NCBI GenBank assembly: GCA_038106145.1
Contig: JAYODD010000006.1
Span: 30,621-94,620, forward strand
Direction of reading: 5' to 3'
Length of the DNA stretch: 64,000 nt
DNA from: Gammaproteobacteria bacterium
GTDB taxonomy: Bacteria; Pseudomonadota; Gammaproteobacteria; Pseudomonadales; Porticoccaceae
The notes under the pieces are model-generated. The model searched no databases. It had not been told where the DNA came from and worked only from the letters and a program-made list of their open reading frames with translations. Shown here piece by piece: positions 37,836 to 47,714 of the stretch; within the stretch, counting starts at the first letter, position 1, and every line of letters starts with the position of its first letter. The position numbers and the translations under genes are program-made.

Positions 37836-39515
37836 ATGCTTTCCAATCTGGCTGGCGCGGGTGCAGTGGAGTTCTCCATGCGTTTGACGCGGGTGTACGC
37901 ATTTTACCGTGTGTTTCTCGCGGGCATTCTGTTCAGCGTGTTTAACTGGCAGATAGCCAAAGACGTATTTGGTTCTTCTTCGCCAAAACTCTACCTTGCC
38001 GCGTCGGTGCTTTACTTTGTCATCACCTGCCTGACGCTGATCCTGCTGTGGCCGCGACATTTCAAAACAAATCCCGGGCTTACTCTGTTACACCTGCTGA
38101 TCGATGTCCTGGCGCTGACCGTGCTGATGCACAGCAGCGGTGGACTGGGCAGCGGTATCGGTTTTCTTTTTCTCGCAACTATCGCCACCGGATCAATATT
38201 TTTCACCGGGCAAATGGCCCTGTTGCTGGCCGCCGTAGCGAGTATTGCGGTTGTCATCGAGAGTATTTTTTCCGTGATGGTAAATGACGTCGATAAACAA
38301 ATCCTGTTGCCCGCTGCCACTCTTGGGGTTTTGCTGTTTGTCACGGCCCTGACTTTTCGCATGCTCAATCGTCGTATGCTAGCGGCCCAGGCCGCCGCCA
38401 GTCGCGAAGCGGAGCAGGCGGCGCAACTGCAGCAACTCAACGAAATTATCGTCAAACGTATGTTGACCGGCATCATCGTGGTCAACGCGCACAATACAAT
38501 TGAACTCATCAACAGCGCGGCAGTTGAACTACTCGGCGGACACCGTCCGGGGGTGCCCTTGTCCAGGGGCCAGCCGCTGCACATCATTCCGGAGATCGTG
38601 ACCCAGCTTGAGCGCTGGCAAGCTTACCCCTGGCTGCGCAATTCACCGTTTCGGGCGGCCCGCGGCAGTGGCGACATTCAGGCGAACTTCACCACCATCG
38701 ACCACGGCGACCGCAAGCGCACGCTGATATTTCTCGAGGATGTGCGGGCCATGTCCCAGCACGCGCAACAGTTAAAACTAGCGTCCCTGGGGCGCTTGAC
38801 TGGTAGCATCGCCCACGAGATCCGCAATCCCCTGGGCGCCATCAGTCACGCTTCACAGCTTTTAAGTGAACTGGAAAACGACAATCCAAAGCTTTTGCGT
38901 TTAACCGAAATTGTCGGCAATAATGCGGACAGGGTAAACCAGATTATCGAAAATGTACTGCAACTGTCGCGGCAAAAGGCGCCAGCTTTCCAAAAATTAT
39001 TCTTGCACAAGTGGCTGAAAAACTTCGCCCAGGATATGCAGGACGCCAGCGCGTCGCCCGGGACAATCGAGATTACTGTCGATCGGGAGGATGTCCAGGT
39101 TATTTTCGATCCGTCTCACCTGCATCAGGTATTAACCAATCTGGTGGACAACGGTTGGCGCTACAGCCGCGAAAATACTGGCGAAGCCTGGATCAAGCTG
39201 ATCTACCACACCCTCCCCAACTCCAACCTGCCCTGTCTCGATATCTACGATCGTGGCACCGGTATTCCGGAACAGGATTGCGGCCGAATATTTGAACCTT
39301 TTTTCACCACCTCGCCGCAGGGTACCGGTTTGGGGCTCTACCTCGCCAGGGAGTTATGCGAAACTAACTATGCCACGCTCGACTACATTTATAACAGCGA
39401 CTCTTCGCACAACGTATCGAGGGATGCAACAGACAAACAGAGCCACGGATTTTTCAGAATAGGGTTCGCCCACCCCGAGCGGCTGTTGCCGAGGACAGAT
39501 CAAGACCATGAATAA
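37836..39515 (+). CDS. pilS: sensor histidine kinase PilS
   Basis: It has a multi-TM N-terminus, an H-box (GSIAHEIRNPLGAI) and N/G boxes (LVDNGWRY, DRGTGI, GTGLGLYLAREL). It is followed by and overlaps pilR. An alternative start lies at 37878 (MRLTRVY.., GGAG SD). Confidence 0.85.
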   Translation: MLSNLAGAGAVEFSMRLTRVYAFYRVFLAGILFSVFNWQIAKDVFGSSSPKLYLAASVLYFVITCLTLILLWPRHFKTNPGLTLLHLLIDVLALTVLMHSSGGLGSGIGFLFLATIATGSIFFTGQMALLLAAVASIAVVIESIFSVMVNDVDKQILLPAATLGVLLFVTALTFRMLNRRMLAAQAAASREAEQAAQLQQLNEIIVKRMLTGIIVVNAHNTIELINSAAVELLGGHRPGVPLSRGQPLHIIPEIVTQLERWQAYPWLRNSPFRAARGSGDIQANFTTIDHGDRKRTLIFLEDVRAMSQHAQQLKLASLGRLTGSIAHEIRNPLGAISHASQLLSELENDNPKLLRLTEIVGNNADRVNQIIENVLQLSRQKAPAFQKLFLHKWLKNFAQDMQDASASPGTIEITVDREDVQVIFDPSHLHQVLTNLVDNGWRYSRENTGEAWIKLIYHTLPNSNLPCLDIYDRGTGIPEQDCGRIFEPFFTTSPQGTGLGLYLARELCETNYATLDYIYNSDSSHNVSRDATDKQSHGFFRIGFAHPERLLPRTDQDHE

Positions 39516-40878
39516 AACTGCACTAATTGTGGACGATGAGCCGGATATCAGAGAGCTACTGGCACTCACCCTGAGCCAACTTGATCTACAGGTCGAAGAG
39601 GCGGGCGATCTCGCGGAAGCCTACCGTGCGCTCAAGCGGCAATCCTATGACTTTTGCCTGACTGATATGCGCCTGCCCGATGGCGATGGCCTGCAATTGA
39701 TCGAACACGTACAGGCAAACTATCCCGATCTGCCCATCGCGATGATCACTGCCCATGGCAATACGGACATCGCGGTGGAGGCCCTGAAAAAAGGCGCTTT
39801 CGACTTTGTCACTAAACCGGTACAGCTACCGCGCCTGCGCGCTATGGTGCAAACCGCACTCGAACTGTCGAGCGATAAGCCGAGCGAGCTTGATCAACCG
39901 GGTCTGCTGGTGGGTAATTCACCGCAAATGCAGGCGCTTCGCCAGCAGATAAGTCGCGTGGCACGCAGCCAGGCGCCAATCTTCATCAGCGGCAAATCTG
40001 GCAGCGGCAAGGAATTGGTCGCACGAGCGATACACTATCAGGGACCGCGAGGCAAAGGGCCATTTATTCCCGTGAACTGCGGCGCAATTCCATCCGAACT
40101 GATGGAAAGTGAATTTTTTGGACATAAAAAAGGCAGCTTTAGCGGCGCTTTCCAGGACAAGCAGGGGCTATTCCAGGCCGCCAATGGCGGCACGTTGTTT
40201 CTCGATGAAGTCGCGGATCTGCCACTGCCTATGCAGGTGAAGTTATTACGCGCAATTCAGGAAAAATCGGTACGCCCCATCGGCGAAGAACGGGAAACTC
40301 AGATCGATGTACGTATTCTCAGCGCGACCCATAAAAATCTAGCGCGCGAAGTCAGCACCGGCAATTTTCGCGAAGATCTTTTTTACCGTATCAACGTTAT
40401 CGAAATTAGTGTGCCGGGACTTAGCGAACACGCGCAGGATATTCCGGAACTCACCGCCCTGTTCCTGGAGCGGCTGGCACAACGGGAAGGCATCGCGATG
40501 CCGAAACTGGCTCCCTCCGCCCTGGCGGCGATGGAGAGTTACAGCTTTCCCGGTAATGTGCGCGAACTGGAAAATATGCTCGAGCGAGCCATGGCGTTAT
40601 TCGATGGCAAGGAAATTTCGGCCCACGACTTGCAACTTGTGGGCCCGGAAGAAAGCGATTTGCGATCGGTCAGCCCGGGGCCAGCGACCGAAACAGCGGC
40701 CCCTGAAAAAAACGTTACGCCAGCGGGCTCTCTGGATGAGCATATGGCCGATGTCGAAAAAGCGATACTACAAAAAACACTGGAGGAAACCCGCTGGAAC
40801 AGAACCGCAGCCGCCAAAAAACTGGGTATCAGCTTTCGGCAACTGCGTTACAAACTCAAAAAGCTCGGTATCGAATAG
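39508..40878 (+). CDS. pilR: sigma-54-dependent response regulator PilR
   Basis: 456 aa with a receiver domain (DDEPDI..D..MRLPDGDG), an AAA+ domain (GKSGSGKE, GAFQDKQGLFQAANGGTLFLDEV) and a C-terminal HTH (AAKKLGISFRQLRYKLKKLGI). Confidence 0.88.
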   Translation: MNKTALIVDDEPDIRELLALTLSQLDLQVEEAGDLAEAYRALKRQSYDFCLTDMRLPDGDGLQLIEHVQANYPDLPIAMITAHGNTDIAVEALKKGAFDFVTKPVQLPRLRAMVQTALELSSDKPSELDQPGLLVGNSPQMQALRQQISRVARSQAPIFISGKSGSGKELVARAIHYQGPRGKGPFIPVNCGAIPSELMESEFFGHKKGSFSGAFQDKQGLFQAANGGTLFLDEVADLPLPMQVKLLRAIQEKSVRPIGEERETQIDVRILSATHKNLAREVSTGNFREDLFYRINVIEISVPGLSEHAQDIPELTALFLERLAQREGIAMPKLAPSALAAMESYSFPGNVRELENMLERAMALFDGKEISAHDLQLVGPEESDLRSVSPGPATETAAPEKNVTPAGSLDEHMADVEKAILQKTLEETRWNRTAAAKKLGISFRQLRYKLKKLGIE

Positions 40879-40897
40879 CTTCCGTATCTCGTCAAAG

Positions 40898-41356
40898 TCA
40901 CCAACAGTAAGCGGCGGTTTCGGTGGCACCGCCAGTCACACTCTTTACGCCCAGCGAAGACAACTGTAACGTTTGGCAGCGCGTATCGTCCGCCTGGGCC
41001 AACTGGGGCACCGCCTGCAACGTAAAAGCCGTTGCTGTCGCCCCAGCCGCCAATTGTATAATGTAAATGCGACTGCCATCTGCCGCTGGAACAGTCTCGC
41101 CATCGCTACCGATGCCATAAGTTGCGGCAGGATAGCCCAGATCTGTTAACACGGTGGCATAACGTTTATTGTTTACAAAAAACTGTTCCTGGCGGGCCTG
41201 CACTTTAACTAGCTCACCCGCCGCCAAACTACGACGTGTTTTGATGATTTGGTCCCTGTAATTTGGCAACGCCACCGCAACCAAAATACTAATCACCACT
41301 ATCGCTATCATCATTTCGATCAGCGTAAAACCCTGGCTTTTCAATCGGTTGTTCAT
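40898..41356 (-). CDS. pilE: type IV pilin-like protein PilE
   Basis: 152 aa with the prepilin leader and motif MNNRLKSQG|FTLIEMMIAIVVISIL. It is the last gene of the minor-pilin operon. Confidence 0.85.
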   Translation of the reverse strand: MNNRLKSQGFTLIEMMIAIVVISILVAVALPNYRDQIIKTRRSLAAGELVKVQARQEQFFVNNKRYATVLTDLGYPAATYGIGSDGETVPAADGSRIYIIQLAAGATATAFTLQAVPQLAQADDTRCQTLQLSSLGVKSVTGGATETAAYCW

Positions 41357-41365
41357 CCGTTACTC

Positions 41366-44300
41366 CTACTCAATTGAATCCACACTCGGTTCACGCCAAT
41401 AGATGGGGTCGGGCTGAATGCCACCGAAATTAATGATGGGAACGCTCGAATCCTCAATGCCGTCACCGTCACTGTCCTTGCCGATACCGCCACCCGGGAT
41501 CAGGTAGCCACCGCTGCTATCTGGCGTCACCCCGGCGGGAATACCATCACCCAGGATATGCTTGCGTTGCGGGTAAAGTGCCGCCGAGCCATCAGCCAAA
41601 TTAACCAGGTAAATCGCCCCCTGTCCCTCAGTAACGTCGCACGCGCTCGCTGCGGTAGTCGGGGCATAACTGGTAAAAAAAGCAACGCCGCTGGCTACCA
41701 ATGGTGTCGCAAGACCCTTCTCCCCCGCAGTCGCAAGCGCTATTTTCCACCCATTAAATTTATCCACCGTACAGGCGGCATTACTGGCATCCGAGATCAC
41801 ACATGCACTTACATCGGGCAAATCGCCTATCACCAGCGGTGTGCGCGTTTTTACGGTGACATCGCCACTGGTGGTGGCCCTATCTTTGATTAAAAATAGA
41901 TAGTTGCGCACATCGGTTTCCAACGGGTGGGGGCGATCGCCGCTGCTTATTAACACGCCATCGTAATCGCCGTTACCATCAAAGGTCAGCACCAGCTCCG
42001 GAGAGTGGAAAAAACGGCGATCCGTGGTCAGGCCATCCGTCCCCAGCTCCGCGAACTTGGATACAAACCAGTTGTCGCGGCGGTGATTAGAGTCGCTGCC
42101 CTCGGGCAAATCCACCCGCCACACCGCACCACCGGTGTCGCCGACATAGAGCCGATCGATAATGCCGTTGCCATTAATATCAACCGGTGTGACCGAACCG
42201 GGAATACTGTCAACCATATCCGCGTGCTGATAAACCGTGTTCGACACCGCCCCGGTGGCACCCTGTTTGGCTTTCCAGATCAAGGCCCCGGTGCGGGCAT
42301 TAACAATATAAATAGCATTACCGATGGTGTCGTCGTTGGCGTTTAAATCTTTGCCAATGCGTGCCGTCAACCCGGAATCCCAGCCACCGTTATAGCCCCC
42401 GGCAAAAATCACTACATCCGTAGCACTCGTACCAAAGCGCACCTTGCCGACAATGGGATCAGAAAAGGTTAGTCCCAGCTCGTTGAAACCAGTGTCCGTA
42501 CTGGAAATTTTCCATGCCAGACTTGGCGTAGTGGCCGGGTTCGTTACATTCAATGCGTAATAGCTTTTGCCGCCTCGGCGCAGGCCAAAATAAACGTAGA
42601 CTTCGTCGCCATCGCCCGGTTCTATTGTCCCATCTCGATCGACGTCCACCTGAAAGGGCACGGGCGTGCCGTCCACGCCATACAGCATTTTGCTGCTGGA
42701 TCGTGTATTGCTACGCAACTGGGAGACGTTACCCAGTAGTTCTCTCGGCATAAAAGCGAATAGCTCTCTACCGCTTGGCGTACCCCCTGTGGTGCTATTT
42801 TGAAAGATGTGAAAGTAACCATCGTTGGTTCCCATCATCACTCTTATATTGGGATTGGTTTTTGAATAGCCCGTCGTCGCTCCGTAGTTAACCGCCAAAG
42901 GGCGAGAGTGTATGGACGACCCGAGAATCCAGGGACGCACATCGGTTCGCGAACCATCGCTATCTACATCGTCGACATCCAGCCCCCGCGCCCACTTGAT
43001 ATGGTTTTCAGCTATGGTCGTGGTCGCCGCCCCCAATGCGGTTTGCAACGCGGCTGCGGTTGTTCCGTCCGCGTTAAAGGCGGTCAGTGCCGTTCCGGAA
43101 CTGGGTCCGACAAATAGCTGTCGCGCGCCGCTATCGCTATTAAGGTTTCCTGGACTGCCGGAAATATAGCCCGGAATCTTCTGTCCGGCCCCGCCGCGCG
43201 CCACTGATCGACCATCTGCGCCAGCCACTTCACCCTCGGAAGCATCAGGCGGCGGGAGGGCGCTCGCATCCGTCCAATAGGTCAATGCCCCCAGACGAAT
43301 GCGCCCCTTATCCTTACCAATTTCCTCAAACGCGGGAGCGCCATTAACGTCGAGAATTTGATCAAAAATGGTGTCACCGTCACTGTCATTCAAGCGCAAT
43401 CGTTTTAAATTACCGGGCCAGTCAACCGTTGCCTGGGCTTCAAACAACGCGATATAAAGGTTATCCAGCGCTTCAATACGGTTAAACACGTTCACTGGCA
43501 CCGAGGCTGCCACAAAGGTACTGCTGACGCTGATAATCTTAATAAACGCTTCCCTGAGCTGGGCTTCCAGCGCCACCGCATTGTCGAAGTTCAGAACTCC
43601 ATCGCCGGAATTACCCGCCGCAGCCCAGGCGGCCGTGGAACCCACACTCCCGGAGTCGGAGATAATCCAGGTGATAAGTTCCTGCTGCCCTGCCGCCCCC
43701 GGCACCAGATCGTGGTGGTTCATATACTTGAGCATATCCGCGAATTTTGTGCTGGCGTTGTCGTGGGGCATATCCGCCGCTATCTCCGCATCCAGATCAT
43801 CATCGTTGTTGGCCACGTTCATGGCCATGGCGATGGCGTACAATTTGGTACAGGCAGACGAGGCAAATGTGCTGGGCGGGATATAGTTGGTCCCCGACTG
43901 AATCAGTGGATCAAAGCTTGGCGATGGCGGCGTAATACTCTGAAAGTTATTGACCGTACCAGCAGCATTACCAAATTGTACACGCTTGCCATTCCAGTAG
44001 CTGAACATTTCGTAAAATGTTTCGCTGGGCTGCAATTTATGGGATTTGCTGTTATTGGAGGGCTCTTTGATTTGGCGCAACCGGTAAATCAGATATTTTT
44101 TATATTTATCCGTTCCAGCAAAGCCACTGGGTAACGTAATTCCGGTAGTGGAAAGGTCTGCTCCGAGTTGGTTGTATCCCTGCAATATGGTGCCACCGTT
44201 GTCGAAATTACTGATCATCAGCCCCATATGAATGGGGTCAAAATCCGTAGTCGACATAATGGATTCAAGAATAGCCACAAACACTTCGTACTTGGTCACT

Positions 44301-44557
44301 TTATTGGACAGAGGAGTGCCTTCCGCGAGTCGCGCCGCTTCTAAGGCCTTTGCCGCCCCGGGGGACATGGTCTCCTTACAGGTTGCGTTAAACGAACTGC
44401 AATGGGTTGCAAATACGCTGGGACGCCAGTCCAGCATCAGCATCGCCAGAGGCACGGAACCCGCTATGGATTGCAGGTAAATATCGATATCGTCCGCCTT
44501 GGCGGAGCCGACCCCGATGATCAGCGGCAGCAGACAAGCACTTATCAACCTTTTCAT
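41366..44557 (-). CDS. pilY1: type IV pilus tip-associated protein PilY1
   Basis: The start is at the ATG at 44557 (GGAGG SD 7 nt upstream), giving the signal peptide MKRLISACLLPLIIGVGSAKA. The protein is about 1060 aa, with Asp-rich Ca-site-like loops (VDVDRDGTIEPGDGDE, DINGNGIIDRLYVGD). It lies between pilX and pilE. Confidence 0.85.
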   Translation of the reverse strand: MKRLISACLLPLIIGVGSAKADDIDIYLQSIAGSVPLAMLMLDWRPSVFATHCSSFNATCKETMSPGAAKALEAARLAEGTPLSNKVTKYEVFVAILESIMSTTDFDPIHMGLMISNFDNGGTILQGYNQLGADLSTTGITLPSGFAGTDKYKKYLIYRLRQIKEPSNNSKSHKLQPSETFYEMFSYWNGKRVQFGNAAGTVNNFQSITPPSPSFDPLIQSGTNYIPPSTFASSACTKLYAIAMAMNVANNDDDLDAEIAADMPHDNASTKFADMLKYMNHHDLVPGAAGQQELITWIISDSGSVGSTAAWAAAGNSGDGVLNFDNAVALEAQLREAFIKIISVSSTFVAASVPVNVFNRIEALDNLYIALFEAQATVDWPGNLKRLRLNDSDGDTIFDQILDVNGAPAFEEIGKDKGRIRLGALTYWTDASALPPPDASEGEVAGADGRSVARGGAGQKIPGYISGSPGNLNSDSGARQLFVGPSSGTALTAFNADGTTAAALQTALGAATTTIAENHIKWARGLDVDDVDSDGSRTDVRPWILGSSIHSRPLAVNYGATTGYSKTNPNIRVMMGTNDGYFHIFQNSTTGGTPSGRELFAFMPRELLGNVSQLRSNTRSSSKMLYGVDGTPVPFQVDVDRDGTIEPGDGDEVYVYFGLRRGGKSYYALNVTNPATTPSLAWKISSTDTGFNELGLTFSDPIVGKVRFGTSATDVVIFAGGYNGGWDSGLTARIGKDLNANDDTIGNAIYIVNARTGALIWKAKQGATGAVSNTVYQHADMVDSIPGSVTPVDINGNGIIDRLYVGDTGGAVWRVDLPEGSDSNHRRDNWFVSKFAELGTDGLTTDRRFFHSPELVLTFDGNGDYDGVLISSGDRPHPLETDVRNYLFLIKDRATTSGDVTVKTRTPLVIGDLPDVSACVISDASNAACTVDKFNGWKIALATAGEKGLATPLVASGVAFFTSYAPTTAASACDVTEGQGAIYLVNLADGSAALYPQRKHILGDGIPAGVTPDSSGGYLIPGGGIGKDSDGDGIEDSSVPIINFGGIQPDPIYWREPSVDSIE

Positions 44558-44636
44558 AACGTAACCTCCGTCCTTTCCAGTACGTTTATCTGCAGCGAAC
44601 CACGCTCGCCCACCTCTTCCTGATTCTTTCTTCCGA

Positions 44637-45170
44637 TTACTTTTCAATTTCTACTCCATGTACCACCGTAGCGTTCCCCAGCCGGGTATCGCCGCTGTCG
44701 TAGTTAGCTACCACTTCAAAATAATAATAGGTACAACTGGTACCGCAGGCTTTATCCTCACTGCGGCGTTTGTGGGGTTTTTTTGCAAACTCCGGCGCCT
44801 GGCGCACAATGTAGTAATCCAACGCAACCCCACTTGGTACGGTCGTTACATCGCCGGCGAGGCTAATTTTTTTATCGTCACAATAGGAAGCCGTGGAACC
44901 CGTCTTACATACTGTCCAGCCTACTCCTCCAGCAGTGGTAAAATTAGTCGCCACATTGACAAGATCTGCCGGGATCGCCGCTGCAATGGCTTCTACCCGC
45001 TGGAATGCCTCCTCCTTGAACTGGTCATTACCGGCCATTTGCGTTTCAAACATACTGGTTTGCATGACCGTGACACCCACCAGCGCCAGCAATAACAAAA
45101 AAATCAGGGCAACGATAAGTACCGCACCGCGGTTCTTGCCGGGGCTACTTTTGAAACGCCTGTTTAACAT
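44637..45170 (-). CDS. pilX: type IV pilus minor pilin PilX
   Basis: The ATG at 45170 (GAGG SD) gives MLNRRFKSSPGKNRGAVLIVALIFLLLLALVGVTVMQTSMFETQMAGN. This matches the PilX N-terminal domain pattern. Confidence 0.8.
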   Translation of the reverse strand: MLNRRFKSSPGKNRGAVLIVALIFLLLLALVGVTVMQTSMFETQMAGNDQFKEEAFQRVEAIAAAIPADLVNVATNFTTAGGVGWTVCKTGSTASYCDDKKISLAGDVTTVPSGVALDYYIVRQAPEFAKKPHKRRSEDKACGTSCTYYYFEVVANYDSGDTRLGNATVVHGVEIEK

Positions 45171-45229
45171 CGCTCTAGCCTCTTGCTGAATATTTTGCAG
45201 CAACCGTCACGTCTATACCGCTGTCCCTA

Positions 45230-46282
45230 TTAACGCGCATAGGAAATATTCCGCACCTGTACCGTGGTGCTGTAAACACTGCGCATGAACGCGTCATTTT
45301 TCGCGGCGACGGCGGTACTCCCCAGATTGTACGTTTTGCTGTTGGTATAACCAGGTACGGTATTAATACCACGCACCAGTAAATAAATACGCGCTGACAC
45401 CACATTGCTCATGTCAGCCGCCGTGGGCGTTGTTTTGTATTGATCTGGCGTACCGTCCATATTGGTGTCGATACCCAGCTCAATTTGCATGTCTTCAATT
45501 CCCTCCACCAGACAACTGCTAACCATGCCCGTCGCCCGCAATGTTTCGGCGCACAGGGTCGGAATACCATCCGCGGCGGTATTGGAAAAATTCCGAATAT
45601 AAAAAACCCCCGCCTGATATTCCCAGTAGTCGGTACGGGAGCCAGCGGTAGCATCCGCACTCGGGATAGTGCCGCTGGAACCCAGATAGACAAATTCCGT
45701 CTCCACCACATCTTCGGCACGCTTGAGACGCAGGTACCCCTGGTTTGTGCTGGCAGCAGTGAGTGATGGATTGAACTCCCCATCCCTTAATGTGTAATCC
45801 CCGGCGGTACGCTTCACGGTGAAGATATCCGTGCCTGCCACAATTTCCCCCGCGGTTAGACAACCCGCCAGGTTGGTGCCATTGATGGTGGTGACGGCAC
45901 CAGCAAAATTATCGATAAATTCCAGCGGATTATCCGTATTCGTTGCCCAACTCGGTGCGCAATCCGTGCCGGTTAATGCCACGGGGGCCGCGCCCGCACC
46001 GCCGGTAATCACGCCGCCGAAAAAGCCCACGTGTTGCAACTCCCTTTTTAGAAAATTTAACGCAAAGCGTCCGTTTTCCTGCAACCGTGCCTGCTCGTCT
46101 TCGTAACTGTAATTGCGTTTGCTGTCCAGATAGACATTGATCACCCCCGTCATCAATACCAGTCCGAGGACAATCGCCACCATCAGTTCAATCAGCGAAA
46201 ATCCGGCCTGACGTAAACCGCTAGACTCACGGCGACTGGTGCTGCGCGGTAAGTAAACCATCGAATGCGCCAAAAAATTCAT
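45230..46282 (-). CDS. pilW: type IV pilus minor pilin PilW
   Basis: The ATG at 46282 lies 1 nt after the pilV stop. ..RQAG|FSLIELMVAIVLGLVLM..YSYEDEQARLQENGRFALNFLKREL. Confidence 0.85.
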   Translation of the reverse strand: MNFLAHSMVYLPRSTSRRESSGLRQAGFSLIELMVAIVLGLVLMTGVINVYLDSKRNYSYEDEQARLQENGRFALNFLKRELQHVGFFGGVITGGAGAAPVALTGTDCAPSWATNTDNPLEFIDNFAGAVTTINGTNLAGCLTAGEIVAGTDIFTVKRTAGDYTLRDGEFNPSLTAASTNQGYLRLKRAEDVVETEFVYLGSSGTIPSADATAGSRTDYWEYQAGVFYIRNFSNTAADGIPTLCAETLRATGMVSSCLVEGIEDMQIELGIDTNMDGTPDQYKTTPTAADMSNVVSARIYLLVRGINTVPGYTNSKTYNLGSTAVAAKNDAFMRSVYSTTVQVRNISYAR

Positions 46283-46283
46283 A

Positions 46284-46892
46284 TCACACATCCACAATGA
46301 AGGTAGATAGCACCAACAGCCGGCGCTGTACATTGTCCGCACCATACAGGCCCGTAGCTTCACCACAATCCGATTCGGTTGGATTGGTCATTTCCTCAAC
46401 TCCCCGCCAGGCAATCGCGACCTGGACGTTGCCGGCGTTATGCGTAATGCAGGCGGTGGGCTGCACCAATCCCCCTGCGTTCGACGTAACACCATCAACG
46501 GTGACGCGCTCCGTGGCGCCGTCCAGCAATAGCTCGATTTCGTACAGGTCCCGAGTTGCCAGTTGCGCGGGAGTGCAGGTTCCGGTATTGCAACTGGCAG
46601 GTGCGGTGGTAATCGAACTTTCGCCGATGGTTGCCACATAGTCGGCGAGGGCGGTGGGATTGCTACGCATCCGCTCTATGGCATCGCGCGCCACCGCACT
46701 CGCCATCGACCGTTGAGCCGCCTCGTGGGAATAGCGTTTGGCAGTGGTCTGTAACGTCATCATGCCCAGTAAACCGACCGCCAGCACCAACACCGCAATC
46801 AGTACTTCGATCAACCCCGCACCCTGCGCGCGGTGCAGTCGCGAGCGTCCATTACGCAAAACAGGTGTTTTCGTCATAGCAAACATATCCAC
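46284..46892 (-). CDS. pilV: type IV pilus minor pilin PilV
   Basis: ..AQGAG|LIEVLIAVLVLAVGLLGMMTLQ... The start is uncertain: GTG at 46892, or ATG at 46886 or 46877. Confidence 0.82.
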   Translation of the reverse strand: MDMFAMTKTPVLRNGRSRLHRAQGAGLIEVLIAVLVLAVGLLGMMTLQTTAKRYSHEAAQRSMASAVARDAIERMRSNPTALADYVATIGESSITTAPASCNTGTCTPAQLATRDLYEIELLLDGATERVTVDGVTSNAGGLVQPTACITHNAGNVQVAIAWRGVEEMTNPTESDCGEATGLYGADNVQRRLLVLSTFIVDV

Positions 46893-46927
46893 GTTTTCAT
46901 TTACACCGGTCCAAACCTACGCATCAA

Positions 46928-47551
46928 CTAAGGACAAGTTTTGTCCGCATCCAGCCCCTTCTGCATTCGCGGCCTGCCGGTCAGGGAAACCACAATTTGC
47001 CGAGCCTCCTCGTCAACCGCATTCGCGCCACACAAACGAAATGAATCCGCCTGGCTAGCAGTGGCGTCTGGCCGATAAGTGACGCGGTTGGCGTAGTTGG
47101 CCCCAGTGCGCAGGGTATTACCGCCACTCAAAGCACCCACCGCGCGAATCACCGGCTCGTCCGCATCCAGGGTGTTGTCGCGGTCCTTATCCGGAAAAAC
47201 CAGCCAGCCCTGCTCCCAGTTCCCCGCGCCAGTACAGTCCGCGCCGTCGGCGCTCTTGCACACCACCACCGGATAGTTGCGTTTAACCGCCTCGCTGCGC
47301 GCCAGCATCAGGGAAGTAAACAACGCGTTGCTCTGGGTTTGCAGGCGGTTCATGCGTATGATTTCCATAAACGAAGGTGCCACCGCAGCCACCAGTACCG
47401 CCAATATTGCGATCGTTATCATCAGTTCAATTATGGTGAAGCCCAAAGCTTGAGAACGGAGGACGACACCGAACCCGTTGTCAGCCACCGAATAACATCC
47501 GTGACCGATTCGTCGCTGACTTTTCTTTTGTGGTAGCACCGTTTTTTCCAT
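46928..47551 (-). CDS. GspH/FimT-family minor pilin (FimT/FimU-like)
   Basis: ..SQALG|FTIIELMITIAILAVLVAAVAPSF..RSEAVKRNYPVVVC... The leader from the ATG at 47551 is unusually long, and an internal GTG start (..VADNGFGVVLRSQALG) is possible. Confidence 0.8.
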   Translation of the reverse strand: MEKTVLPQKKSQRRIGHGCYSVADNGFGVVLRSQALGFTIIELMITIAILAVLVAAVAPSFMEIIRMNRLQTQSNALFTSLMLARSEAVKRNYPVVVCKSADGADCTGAGNWEQGWLVFPDKDRDNTLDADEPVIRAVGALSGGNTLRTGANYANRVTYRPDATASQADSFRLCGANAVDEEARQIVVSLTGRPRMQKGLDADKTCP

Positions 47552-47714
47552 GTCTTTCGCACACCCCGTACCTGTTGTCGCCTTGATAACAAATAAATTT
47601 TTTTAATTCTCTGTCACGCGACAGGCGGAAAAATAATCCGACCGGCAACTATTGACAAAGATGAACGGCAGGATTTTCCCTCCAGCGGTAGCGCCGGGGC
47701 ATGTATTGACGTGT

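Noticed and set aside
36061-40500. TGGCAC-containing sites examined as sigma-54 promoters near the pil genes (for example 36067, 39560, 40475)
   Set aside because: None has TTGC(A/T) at the required N5 spacing, and all lie inside coding regions. The PilR target (the major pilin promoter) is evidently outside this window.
47611-47624. Short hairpin CTGTC-acgc-GACAG followed by an A/T-rich tract, as a terminator after ispH
   Set aside because: A stem of only 5 bp with an interrupted T-run is too weak to call. ispH may read through into the pilin operon or terminate by another mechanism.
47660-47668. CCGTTCATC on the minus strand upstream of the minor-pilin operon, an 8/9 match to the AlgR core CCGTTCGTC as I remember it
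   Set aside because: A single 9-mer with a mismatch cannot be distinguished from chance by eye, and I am not certain of the consensus. I kept it only as a note.
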